DNA of 32,000 nt from Candidatus Saccharimonadota bacterium (GCA_049296095.1 JBAQRV010000001.1:180001-212000), one strand, 5' to 3'; shown: positions 25,400 through 32,000, counted from the first letter of the stretch. The notes: generated from the sequence alone by a model not told the origin. Program-made: numbers and translations.

Positions 25400-25903
25400 A
25401 TGAAAATATTTCTCACCGGCGAACCTCATAGCGGAAAATCTACTCTTATTAATAAAATACTCTCACATTTTGATGACAAGATTGGTTTTGTGACAAACGA
25501 AGTCTTAGAAAATGGAGAACGAAAAGGTTTTGAGCTGACTTCATCAATAGGTGTTAAGGCCATGTTTGCAAGTACGGAATACACTTCCGCCATTCGTGTC
25601 TCAAAGTACGGTATTGAGATTAGTATTTTAGACAAGTTTCTAGAAGGCCTTCCCCTAATCAATCAAAGTGCTCTCCTATATATCGATGAAGTGGGACAGA
25701 TGCAACTGCACTCAGATACTTTTTCTAAAATCGTCGATGATTATATTTCTGCTCCAAATAACTTTATTGGAACATTGAGTAAAGTGTATGACCACGAGCT
25801 AATACAAAAGCTTAGGCAGAATTCTGAAATAGAAGTAATTGAAGTCACACCAGAAAACAGAGACGTACTAGAAAACGTGATAAGTTCGAAGCTCATCCAC
25901 TAG
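25400..25903 (+). CDS. small P-loop NTPase (THEP1/NTPase_1-like)
   Basis: MKIFLTGEPHSGKSTLINKIL (Walker A) and LLYIDEVGQMQL (Walker B), ~167 aa. The upstream part of the tracked ORF is translation through the tRNA remnant and terminator. Confidence 0.7.
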   Translation: MKIFLTGEPHSGKSTLINKILSHFDDKIGFVTNEVLENGERKGFELTSSIGVKAMFASTEYTSAIRVSKYGIEISILDKFLEGLPLINQSALLYIDEVGQMQLHSDTFSKIVDDYISAPNNFIGTLSKVYDHELIQKLRQNSEIEVIEVTPENRDVLENVISSKLIH

Positions 25904-25911
25904 GGGCTGCC
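25882..25911 (+). repeat. 30-nt box copy 1 (AAGTTCGAAGCTCATCCACTAGGGGCTGCC)
   Basis: Forms the last codons (SSKLIH*) of the NTPase gene plus 9 nt of 3' flank. Related copies lie at 26411, 27573 and 28454. Confidence 0.7.
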
Positions 25912-25932
25912 AAGTATAGATATTAATGAGAA

Positions 25933-25954
25933 AGTCTCCATTTCGGAGGCTTTT
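25933..25954. terminator. bidirectional intrinsic terminator (T2) of the same hairpin family
   Basis: AGTCTCC-atttc-GGAGGCT followed by TTTT. Lies between the convergent NTPase and FKBP genes. Confidence 0.7.
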
Positions 25955-25964
25955 CGTTATAGAA

Positions 25965-26354
25965 CTATTGAACCGCAATTAACTCGATATCAAATACGAG
26001 ATCGCTATTGGGAGCAATCGCCGACGAAGCTCGGCGCGAGCCATACGCCATCTCTGAAGGAATGATAAGACGACGGGTGCCGCCAACTTTCATGCCAGGA
26101 ACACCAACGGTCCATCCGTCTATTACTTGATCGAGTCCGAATGTTGCAGGATGATTTCCGTCGTGACTGCTTTCAAAAATCATGCCATCAGAGCAAAGTG
26201 CACCAGTATAATGCGCAGTGATGGTTGCATGTTCTGGAACCATATCGCCATCACCTTGGACAAGGTCTATGATTTCCAACTCAGTTACTTTATTTTTTCG
26301 AAGAGGTAAAAAATCTTGTAACAATGTTCCTTTAAGTCTGTCGTGTTTAGCCAT
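25965..26354 (-). CDS. FKBP-type peptidyl-prolyl cis-trans isomerase
   Basis: ITAHYTGAL.SDGMIFESSHD...FGLDQVIDGWTVGVPGMKVGGTRRLIIPSEMAYG...DLVFDIELIAV matches the FKBP consensus. Confidence 0.85.
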   Translation of the reverse strand: MAKHDRLKGTLLQDFLPLRKNKVTELEIIDLVQGDGDMVPEHATITAHYTGALCSDGMIFESSHDGNHPATFGLDQVIDGWTVGVPGMKVGGTRRLIIPSEMAYGSRRASSAIAPNSDLVFDIELIAVQ

Positions 26355-26410
26355 TCATCTATTATGACACGATCTTTGTTATGGTGAGACGATGAAAAAC
26401 TAGAAGCAAA

Positions 26411-26439
26411 AAGTTCTAAGTTCGCCCACTAGGGCTGCC
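26411..26439 (+). repeat. 30-nt box copy 2, apparent remnant of a gene 3' end
   Basis: AAGTTCTAAGTTCGCCCACTAGGGCTGCC. In frame it reads ...DDEKLEAKSSKFAH*, which resembles the Nudix-1 C-terminus (DDSKEILKLALKSSKFIH*) but has a stop 15 codons upstream. Confidence 0.55.
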
Positions 26440-26533
26440 GCGCAGTCGTACCCATTTACAGTATGGATACAATGTGGTATAATGAAGATATACTACCTAT
26501 TCGTTACACATTAAGGCTATATTCCACACGATT

Positions 26534-27355
26534 ATGAGAACTCTACGCAGTGGCACTACCGGTTCACAAGAAATGTTTGAATTTGATGGGCGGCTTCGCG
26601 TAAGTCGTGAATTCAGCAGTGACCAAGCTGGTCAGATGGCTATACATCGGGCGCATCGTGTTGGTGAATTTGCTCTCACGGAGGCAACTAGGGGGTTTCG
26701 TCGCAGAGTGGCCGGTCTATGGGTGCCCCATTCAGCGACTGAAAACAACGCCATCACTACTAACCCCGAGGGGTATATGAATAGGAGCGCAGAGCTTATT
26801 AAAGATAAGGTGTTCGAGAAGTACCTCAACGATAACGGTGAGTATTCTGTGGCAGAGACGAGGTTGGCGATCTGGGCCCAGTTTGCAGCTAATGGCCAGC
26901 GTAGCGCGATAGCTAATAAATACGAATCGTGGCGCGTTGATGGCAAAAATAAGGCAGTAACAATGAATCCTGGCTTCAGTACAGAAGGGTACGTCGATCG
27001 TGCCTTTGTCGAGTCAAGTCCCGTTGTCATGGGTAGTATTGCAGCCTACATGGCAGATCTAAAAAGCTATATTGGGCATCCAGATATGATGCACCATCTT
27101 AAACGAACATGGATTCAAGATGGTCACCGCCTCAAAAAAGAGGAGCACCTAGAACGAACTCAGCAATTTCTTCGTAAAGAACCTGATTGGGAATTTGACA
27201 GGTGGTTTGCAGAAAGTTACTACAATCACCGATCTCGTGCAAAATTTTGGTATGGGGTTATCCAAAAAAGCATACAAATGCGCGAAGACATCCTCGCGCA
27301 GAAACGTATTAAAGCCTGGAAAGAGGACATGGAGCGTCGCGGTTACGACGTATAG
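26534..27355 (+). CDS. hypothetical protein (273 aa)
   Basis: Long ORF with an extended -10 TGgTATAAT (26475-26483) ~50 nt upstream and terminator T3 just downstream. I recognise no motif. Confidence 0.55.
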   Translation: MRTLRSGTTGSQEMFEFDGRLRVSREFSSDQAGQMAIHRAHRVGEFALTEATRGFRRRVAGLWVPHSATENNAITTNPEGYMNRSAELIKDKVFEKYLNDNGEYSVAETRLAIWAQFAANGQRSAIANKYESWRVDGKNKAVTMNPGFSTEGYVDRAFVESSPVVMGSIAAYMADLKSYIGHPDMMHHLKRTWIQDGHRLKKEEHLERTQQFLRKEPDWEFDRWFAESYYNHRSRAKFWYGVIQKSIQMREDILAQKRIKAWKEDMERRGYDV

Positions 27356-27367
27356 GTAATGTCGAGG

Positions 27368-27390
27368 AGTCTCCAATTCGGAGGCTTTTT
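27368..27390 (+). terminator. intrinsic terminator (T3) of the same hairpin family
   Basis: AGTCTCC-aattc-GGAGGCT followed by TTTTT, running into TGtTATTAT. Confidence 0.7.
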
Positions 27391-27404
27391 GTTATTATTG
27401 ACTT

Positions 27405-27572
27405 ATGAGTCACAAGAAGCGGAATGTAAATACTCTGATTATCATTTCCTCGATAATTATCCTACTGGGCTTACTCGCAGCGGGCCTAATATATATGTGG
27501 TCACAGGGTTGCGATGCAAAGCTAGTAAATTCTGGGTACAGAACCACGCAGATTACTTCTTGTCGTGAATAA
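27405..27572 (+). CDS. possible small single-pass membrane protein (55 aa)
   Basis: Not in the ORF track (<60 aa). The ATG lies 6 nt after TATTAT (27393-27398). Translation is MSHKKRNVNTLIIISSIIILLGLLAAGLIYMW..., a basic N-terminus followed by one hydrophobic helix. Confidence 0.35.
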   Translation: MSHKKRNVNTLIIISSIIILLGLLAAGLIYMWSQGCDAKLVNSGYRTTQITSCRE

Positions 27573-27602
27573 AAGTTCGAAAGTTATTGCCTACAAACTG
27601 CC
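27573..27602 (+). repeat. 30-nt box copy 3 (diverged)
   Basis: AAGTTCGAAAGTTATTGCCTACAAACTGCC, 20/30 identical to copy 1 in an ungapped manual alignment. Same position relative to the RNA-A promoter as copy 4 has to RNA-B. Confidence 0.4.
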
Positions 27603-27650
27603 AAACCTAAGTATCATAGAGAGTCCTAGACACAAGACGAGTAGATATTA

Positions 27651-27679
27651 TTGACTTTTCATTGCACTTATGCTATTAT
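27651..27679 (+). promoter_or_regulatory. sigma70-like promoter of structured RNA A
   Basis: TTGACT (27651-27656), 17-nt spacer, TATTAT (27674-27679). Nearly identical to the RNA-B promoter. Confidence 0.65.
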
Positions 27680-27685
27680 AAATAC

Positions 27686-27929
27686 GATTGGTCTACTGGC
27701 CCGAGGGTCGTAGGTCAAGGATATAGAGGGCGGTTGCGTCCGGGGCGGGGCTTTTGAAGCCTTAAAGAACGCCGGCAATTGTCAATCTGTATCAGCGGGG
27801 TGTCCGCATCGAAGCCTGGGTTCATGCGTCTAACGGCGCTTATCCCGCAAGGGAGATAGAACACTTCGATAGCGGGCACCCCGCCCAACCCTCATCTAGC
27901 CACCCGCACGACATTGCCGGTGGCTTTTT
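27686..27929 (+). ncRNA. structured GC-rich RNA of unknown class, copy A (~244 nt)
   Basis: Has its own promoter and terminator (AGCCACC..GGTGGCT + TTTTT, 27898-27929). GC-rich relative to its flanks. Contains a GNRA-capped hairpin (CCC-GCAA-GGG, 27844-27853), a long-range helix 27803-27814/27864-27876, and outer helices GAGGGT/ACCCTC and GGGCGG/CCGCCC. No plausible ORF. End coordinates are approximate. Confidence 0.65.
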
Positions 27930-28007
27930 CTTTAGCAGTCTATAGATTCCATTAATTCGATTCTTGCTTCTTTCATAGTGCCTTGCCGAGATCATACTTA
28001 CCACAAA

Positions 28008-28030
28008 GGTCTCCGTTTGGATGCTTTTTT
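28008..28030 (+). terminator. degenerate copy (T4) of the hairpin family, fused to the Nudix-1 promoter
   Basis: GGTCTCC-gttt-GGATGC followed by TTTTTT, then TGcTATGAT (28030-28038). The stem is imperfect. Confidence 0.4.
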
Positions 28031-28046
28031 GCTATGATGAAACTAT

Positions 28047-28475
28047 ATGGATTTAAAGCTACATACACCATCAGCTGGAGGAATTGTTATCAGAGACGGT
28101 AACGTGCTTCTTATATATTCCACATCAAGAAATAGTTATGCATTTCCTAAAGGTACTATTGATGAAGGAGAGACCAAGGATATCACCGCAATCCGTGAAG
28201 TCAAAGAAGAAACAGGCTACAACGTAGAAATACTAGATTTTCTAGGCGATTATACATTTGATTTTGACTGGAAAGACGGCAATCGTTATCGTAAAACAGT
28301 TACATATTACCTTATGAATGTCGCTGACGATGAAGACCCTCACCCTATGCTGGAAGAAGGTGAGGATTTTGTGAACGTTTGGACACCTATCGACAAAGCA
28401 CATGAAGTTCTTACTTTTGATGATTCAAAAGAAATACTCAAGTTAGCACTTAAAAGTTCGAAGTTCATCCACTAA
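28047..28475 (+). CDS. Nudix hydrolase 1
   Basis: Nudix box GTIDEGETKDITAIREVKEETGY (GX5EX7REUXEEXGU). The ATG lies 8 nt after TATGAT (28033-28038). Confidence 0.85.
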   Translation: MDLKLHTPSAGGIVIRDGNVLLIYSTSRNSYAFPKGTIDEGETKDITAIREVKEETGYNVEILDFLGDYTFDFDWKDGNRYRKTVTYYLMNVADDEDPHPMLEEGEDFVNVWTPIDKAHEVLTFDDSKEILKLALKSSKFIH

Positions 28476-28484
28476 GGGGCTGCC
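28454..28484 (+). repeat. 30-nt box copy 4
   Basis: AAGTTCGAAGTTCATCCACTAAGGGGCTGCC. Forms the last codons (SSKFIH*) of Nudix-1 plus 3' flank. Confidence 0.7.
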
Positions 28485-28556
28485 GGGTGTAAGCAATTTA
28501 CAAATAAGGCTTTCCGTCTAGAGATCTACAAAATAATGTACTCTATCTCGCTAATA

Positions 28557-28585
28557 TTGACTTTCTATTGTACTTATGCTATTAT
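28557..28585 (+). promoter_or_regulatory. sigma70-like promoter of structured RNA B
   Basis: TTGACT (28557-28562), 17-nt spacer, TATTAT (28580-28585). Confidence 0.65.
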
Positions 28586-28591
28586 AAGCAT

Positions 28592-28834
28592 GATTGGTCT
28601 ATCGACTTGAGGGTCGTAGGTCAAGGATATAGTAGGCGGTTGCGTCCGAGGCGGGGCTTTTGAAGCCTTAAAGAACGCCGGCAATTGCCAATCTGTATCA
28701 GCGGGGTGTCCGCATCGAAGTCTGGGTTCATGCGTCTGACGACGCTTATCCCGTAAGGGAGATAGAACACTTCGATAGCGGGCATCCCGCCCAACCCTCA
28801 TTAGCCACCCGCATGACAGTGTCGGTGGCTTTTT
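28592..28834 (+). ncRNA. structured GC-rich RNA of unknown class, copy B (~243 nt)
   Basis: About 18 differences from copy A across the whole transcription unit by manual alignment. Changes fall in loops (GCAA to GTAA tetraloop) or preserve pairing (U.G to U-A in the hairpin at 28732-28745). The terminator T-run abuts the Nudix-2 promoter. The 100-aa minus-strand ORF here is judged spurious. Confidence 0.65.
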
Positions 28835-28848
28835 GCTATACTTCAAGA

Positions 28849-29265
28849 ATGCAACAAGGCCAATATCCGAACGCATTCTACCGAGTCTCGGTAAAGGCGG
28901 TTATCGTCAATGAGAAGAATGAGATATTTACCGTCCACGAAGGTGAGGACTGGACACTTCCAGGCGGAGGCTTAGACCACGGAGAAAAGCCGTTAACAGC
29001 ACTAAAACGAGAGCTTTACGAAGAAGCGTTTATTACTTCAGACTTTAAGGCGGTATTGATAGGAACAGAGTCATTTTATGTTGATAGTAAAGATGCGATG
29101 GCGTTTTGGTTAATCTACCGCCTGGACATGACCGAACCAAATTTTACCTACAAGGCGGGCGAAGACGCTGATGAGGTTACATTTCGCAACCCCAGTGACT
29201 TCAAAGATAGTGATTCATTATTTGAGCGACTTATTTATAAGTACGGTTCTAGGATCACCCTGTAA
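28849..29265 (+). CDS. Nudix hydrolase 2 (only distantly related to Nudix 1)
   Basis: Nudix box GGGLDHGEKPLTALKRELYEEAFI. I prefer the start at MQQGQ (28849), 6 nt after TGcTATACT (28834-28842). The upstream tracked codons lie in the RNA-B terminator. Confidence 0.8.
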   Translation: MQQGQYPNAFYRVSVKAVIVNEKNEIFTVHEGEDWTLPGGGLDHGEKPLTALKRELYEEAFITSDFKAVLIGTESFYVDSKDAMAFWLIYRLDMTEPNFTYKAGEDADEVTFRNPSDFKDSDSLFERLIYKYGSRITL

Positions 29266-29331
29266 AAGTACCTACCTAGGGTAGATCGAATCAAAACGAC
29301 TCATCTAGCCTGTTTTTGTTATGATGGAACC

Positions 29332-29685
29332 ATGAGTAGAATGCCGTACAGTTTTTCTAACGTATCAGAACGATACAAAAATAAATATTTATCAAAGCCG
29401 ATAATATTTTTAAAATACCTCGGCCAAGCAGGTTTCATAACTTTCGCCATATGTTTCACTATCGTAAAAATGAACGAAGGCGTGACTGGTGGATCATTGT
29501 TCCTCGATACGGTAACTTTGATTGCTGGATATAGTATTTCAGTTGGCATCGTATGTCTTATTGTTGTCGGTTTGAACGTAATGGGTTTAAAGAGTACTTT
29601 TGTAAAGATATTCTTGTATATGTTTTTACCCGCCGTTATTATCACTGCCATTCTTACGGTGATATTTATCCTACCTAGGCAATAA
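29332..29685 (+). CDS. small polytopic membrane protein
   Basis: Three or four hydrophobic helices. The ATG lies 6 nt after TGtTATGAT (29317-29325). I prefer it to the overlapping minus-strand ORF, which lacks start signals. Confidence 0.5.
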   Translation: MSRMPYSFSNVSERYKNKYLSKPIIFLKYLGQAGFITFAICFTIVKMNEGVTGGSLFLDTVTLIAGYSISVGIVCLIVVGLNVMGLKSTFVKIFLYMFLPAVIITAILTVIFILPRQ

Positions 29686-29751
29686 ATCATTTACCTTGAA
29701 CCAGCTACGTGACTCTGAGTTTTTGACAAAATTAAATCTCAAACAAACAGA

Positions 29752-30555
29752 CTACTCCGTAGCCGTTTCAACAGCCTTTACCACCATTGGCACATAGGCG
29801 CCCATCAATTCATGTCCCGCCATCACAACTGAAAGTGAAGCGTTCGGATTAGCTTTCACGATTTCTTGTAAATTTTTCTTTACGACGACAGGATCGAGCG
29901 CGCCGTGGATAATATGCATCGGTTTATGGAGCTTCTTGGCATCATCAAATGAAGTTTGGTGCAGGATACTTGATTCAAGGACTGCCAAATAAATATCGAC
30001 ATTCTTTTCTGTCACATTAAAAGCATCGCCGACGATTTTTAATTTAACCGCCAGTGGTACTGCTTCGACAATTCGTTGTGGGTTCTTCAAAACAAACTTG
30101 TAAAAATCTTTGAGTAACGTTGTTTGGCTAGGCAAGATACCTTGTTTCTCCTCGGCATTATAAAAAGGCGGGCTACATAAAATAAGCGACTTTACGATCA
30201 AAGGATAGCGTTTTGCAATCTCGACAGCAATCAAACTGCCCATTGAATGCCCGACAATAATAAGTGGCTGGCGAATATTCAAGCCAAGTAGCGTTGCAAT
30301 CACTGAGCGCGCTTGAATAGCGATATTATATTTTAGCCAACGTGGGCTAGGGGATCCACCAAAGCCGAGTAGGTCAACCGATATCACACGAATGTCGCTC
30401 GGGAGTTGCTTGACGACCTCTGCCCAGGCAGCACCAGAGTTGCCCATACCGTGAAGCAATAGCACCGTCGCTCGGGGTGCTTTTGCCTTTTGATCAGTGT
30501 ACACGTGGAGGCGATAAGGCACTCGGAGATATTTGTGTATAAGCGTGTTAAACAT
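29752..30555 (-). CDS. alpha/beta-fold hydrolase
   Basis: HGMGNSG oxyanion region and nucleophile elbow GHSMGS, with a C-terminal His context (AGHELM). Confidence 0.8.
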   Translation of the reverse strand: MFNTLIHKYLRVPYRLHVYTDQKAKAPRATVLLLHGMGNSGAAWAEVVKQLPSDIRVISVDLLGFGGSPSPRWLKYNIAIQARSVIATLLGLNIRQPLIIVGHSMGSLIAVEIAKRYPLIVKSLILCSPPFYNAEEKQGILPSQTTLLKDFYKFVLKNPQRIVEAVPLAVKLKIVGDAFNVTEKNVDIYLAVLESSILHQTSFDDAKKLHKPMHIIHGALDPVVVKKNLQEIVKANPNASLSVVMAGHELMGAYVPMVVKAVETATE

Positions 30556-30660
30556 ACGCTTATAGTATATGCTATCACCTCACGATTAGGTAAATCGCCC
30601 CCGATAGGGCATACTAAGTACAATACAACGGACGATTTCATCCCTACACGAAAGGTTCAT

Positions 30661-30897
30661 ATGGCAAATTCAGCCAGCGCCCAAAAATTCCTCGACTCAG
30701 CATTAGCGGACGAAGTACGCGAAACACTTATTGAAATGATGAACGACCCCAACTTTAATACCGAGTCGCTCTACTCAACAGCGGCAGGTGAAAAGCAATT
30801 GTTTGTTGATAAGCACCTGCGCTATCTCAGTCTCCATACCAATCTCAACACAGAGCACTATCTCTCAAACCTTCGTTTGATGACTCGTATACGCTAG
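30661..30897 (+). CDS. hypothetical protein (78 aa)
   Basis: I prefer the internal start MANSAS (30661), which is preceded by AAAGG. The tracked upstream part overlaps the divergent hydrolase gene. Confidence 0.4.
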   Translation: MANSASAQKFLDSALADEVRETLIEMMNDPNFNTESLYSTAAGEKQLFVDKHLRYLSLHTNLNTEHYLSNLRLMTRIR

Positions 30898-30944
30898 AAA
30901 ATCTCCCCTGTTGCTCGAAAAAGCATTAGTGCTATACTACCAAT

Positions 30945-31412
30945 ATGACTACAGATAAAATTACCTCCAGCAAAAAGACACATGTCAAAATCGTCCGACA
31001 CATCGAACCTCTCGAGAGTGATATACCAACAAAATCCCACGATTCATTTCACAAGATTTCTCAAAGCGTTTCCACGAAACTTGGTTCACCGACAGCTTTT
31101 GCGCTTGCCGTCTTACTTATCGTGGCCTGGATTGTTACTGGTCCATTCTTTCACTTCTCAGATACTTGGCAATTAGTGATTAACACGACAACAACCATCG
31201 TCACATTCCTGATGGTCTTTGCTATCCAAAACACTCAAAACCGAGACGCCAAAGCAATGCAACTCAAGTTGGATGAACTTATTAAGAGTAGCCGAGGTGC
31301 TCGCACTGAATTTGTTGATATCGAAGATCTGACAGATACCGAGCTTGACCTCCTACATGGTGAGTTCCGCGTCATTCATGAAAAGTTCCGCGACCGCCGC
31401 GACAACAAGTAA
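30945..31412 (+). CDS. low-affinity iron permease family protein (PF04120-like)
   Basis: GSPTAFALAVLLIVAWIVTGPFFHFSDTWQLVINTTTTIVTFLMVFAIQNTQNRDAKAMQLKLDELI matches my recollection of this family's conserved core. The ATG lies 6 nt after TGcTATACT (30930-30938). Confidence 0.7.
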   Translation: MTTDKITSSKKTHVKIVRHIEPLESDIPTKSHDSFHKISQSVSTKLGSPTAFALAVLLIVAWIVTGPFFHFSDTWQLVINTTTTIVTFLMVFAIQNTQNRDAKAMQLKLDELIKSSRGARTEFVDIEDLTDTELDLLHGEFRVIHEKFRDRRDNK

Positions 31413-31479
31413 TACACTCGCCGACATTTTCAAACTTTGCTATACTAGCAATAAACCATAAGCATATAAGGAGAAGCTT

Positions 31480-32000
31480 GTGAAAAAACTAGTCATTACT
31501 AGCCTTGTCGCTTCTTTTGTTGTCCTGGCAGGTATATTCTATAGTACCGACGTCAGCGCACAAACAACCACAACCGAACCAACTCAAACAGTTCGCTGTA
31601 CCATTGCCCAGGCACGGCTCAATACCCGCATCACCCAGGTTGATAAGGTCAAGACAGCGCAAACAAAGGTTTACAACGATTTACTTGCAAGAGTCGACCT
31701 AACAATCACCTCAGCAGAGGCGGCCAGCTACGACGTGAGTGACCTCACGGCAGCACGTAACACTGCTAGTGAAGCCATCCAAGCGTTTACCACCAAATCA
31801 TCTGAATACACGACCTCACTCATGGGAACCAAGAACCTTTCATGTGGTGAAAGCGGTGGGGAATTCGTGTCATCACTCGTCTCTACCAGAAAGGTCCTTA
31901 CCGAAACACGCCAGGCAAACCTTGCTATTAAAACAGCCTTCAGAAATGATGTTGTTCCAGCCCTCCAAGCGTACGCGTTATGGCTAAAAGAGAATACGAC
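31480..32000 (+). CDS. secreted hypothetical protein, 3' end outside the window
   Basis: Not in the ORF track. A GTG start lies 6 nt after the AAGGAGA SD. It has a signal-peptide-like N-terminus (VKKLVITSLVASFVVLAGIFYSTDVSA) and the frame stays open to the window edge. Confidence 0.55.
   Translation, partial: MKKLVITSLVASFVVLAGIFYSTDVSAQTTTTEPTQTVRCTIAQARLNTRITQVDKVKTAQTKVYNDLLARVDLTITSAEAASYDVSDLTAARNTASEAIQAFTTKSSEYTTSLMGTKNLSCGESGGEFVSSLVSTRKVLTETRQANLAIKTAFRNDVVPALQAYALWLKENT

Noticed and set aside
27359-27568. 69-aa plus-strand ORF
   Set aside because: It begins inside terminator hairpin T3 and has no start signals. An alternative-frame 55-aa ORF (27405-27572) with a promoter-proximal ATG and a clear TM helix is more plausible, though still uncertain.
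27686-27929. Assignment of the duplicated RNA to SRP RNA, 6S RNA, RNase P RNA, tmRNA, T-box or cobalamin/FMN/SAM/lysine riboswitches
   Set aside because: I found none of the signatures I recall for these classes: RNase P GAGGAAAGUCC, SRP GGUCCGGAAGGAAGCAGC, T-box AGGGUGGNACCGCG, the B12 box, or the FMN and SAM-I conserved cores. Two adjacent copies also argue against a housekeeping RNA. This is memory-based and needs a covariance-model search.
28574-28876. 100-aa minus-strand ORF rich in Arg/Pro/Gly
   Set aside because: It lies entirely antisense to the GC-rich structured RNA copy B. The equivalent region of copy A has no tracked ORF, and the differences between copies follow RNA-structure logic rather than codon logic.
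29319-29690. 123-aa minus-strand ORF overlapping the small membrane protein gene
   Set aside because: The plus-strand ORF has regular hydrophobic helices and the TGnTATGAT-N6-ATG start context. The minus-strand ORF has neither an SD nor a promoter-like box.
1-32000. CRISPR arrays, rRNA genes, IS elements/transposases, tyrosine integrases
   Set aside because: No regularly spaced direct repeats, no rRNA-like conserved stretches, and no DDE/transposase or R-H-R-Y integrase-like ORFs were seen on either strand. The only recombinase is the serine recombinase at 16990-18252.

Overview
This window looks like a compact, moderately AT-rich bacterial genome with tightly packed, often overlapping genes. 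The style resembles small-genome Patescibacteria/Saccharibacteria, but that placement is inference only. Core genes on the left are trpS (5'-truncated by the window edge), an RluD-like pseudouridine synthase, holB and a TPR protein. They are followed by a tRNA cluster (Tyr-GTA, Thr-TGT, Thr-GGT) interleaved with two homing-endonuclease-like genes, then rpmG. A minus-strand alpha-glucan operon follows (GT4-like synthase, GH57, GH15 and a coupled unknown), then NDH-2 and tRNA-Trp. From the 3' end of tRNA-Trp (11833) to a 5'-truncated tRNA-Trp copy (25284-25344) lies a ~13.5 kb putative integrated island. It carries an AT-rich convergent cassette (ParB-like protein + Dam-type methylase versus trypsin-like protease + PD-(D/E)xK nuclease), a large serine recombinase and a copper-resistance/redox module. 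The copper module comprises CsoR, a CPH-type P1B ATPase, a YHS-FNR fusion, DUF305 x2, DUF3105, a membrane protein and a cytochrome b5 domain protein. Downstream is a cassette-like accessory stretch: THEP1-like NTPase, FKBP, unknowns, and two near-identical ~245-nt GC-rich structured RNA genes, each preceding a different Nudix hydrolase. The window ends with an alpha/beta hydrolase, an iron-permease-family protein and a secreted protein truncated at the edge. The best candidates for something undescribed are: (i) the duplicated structured-RNA/Nudix modules; (ii) the methylase/ParB-like/protease/nuclease cassette; (iii) a 205-nt group-I-like intron in the tRNA-Thr(GGT) anticodon loop next to free-standing homing endonuclease genes. 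No CRISPR array, rRNA gene or transposase was seen.
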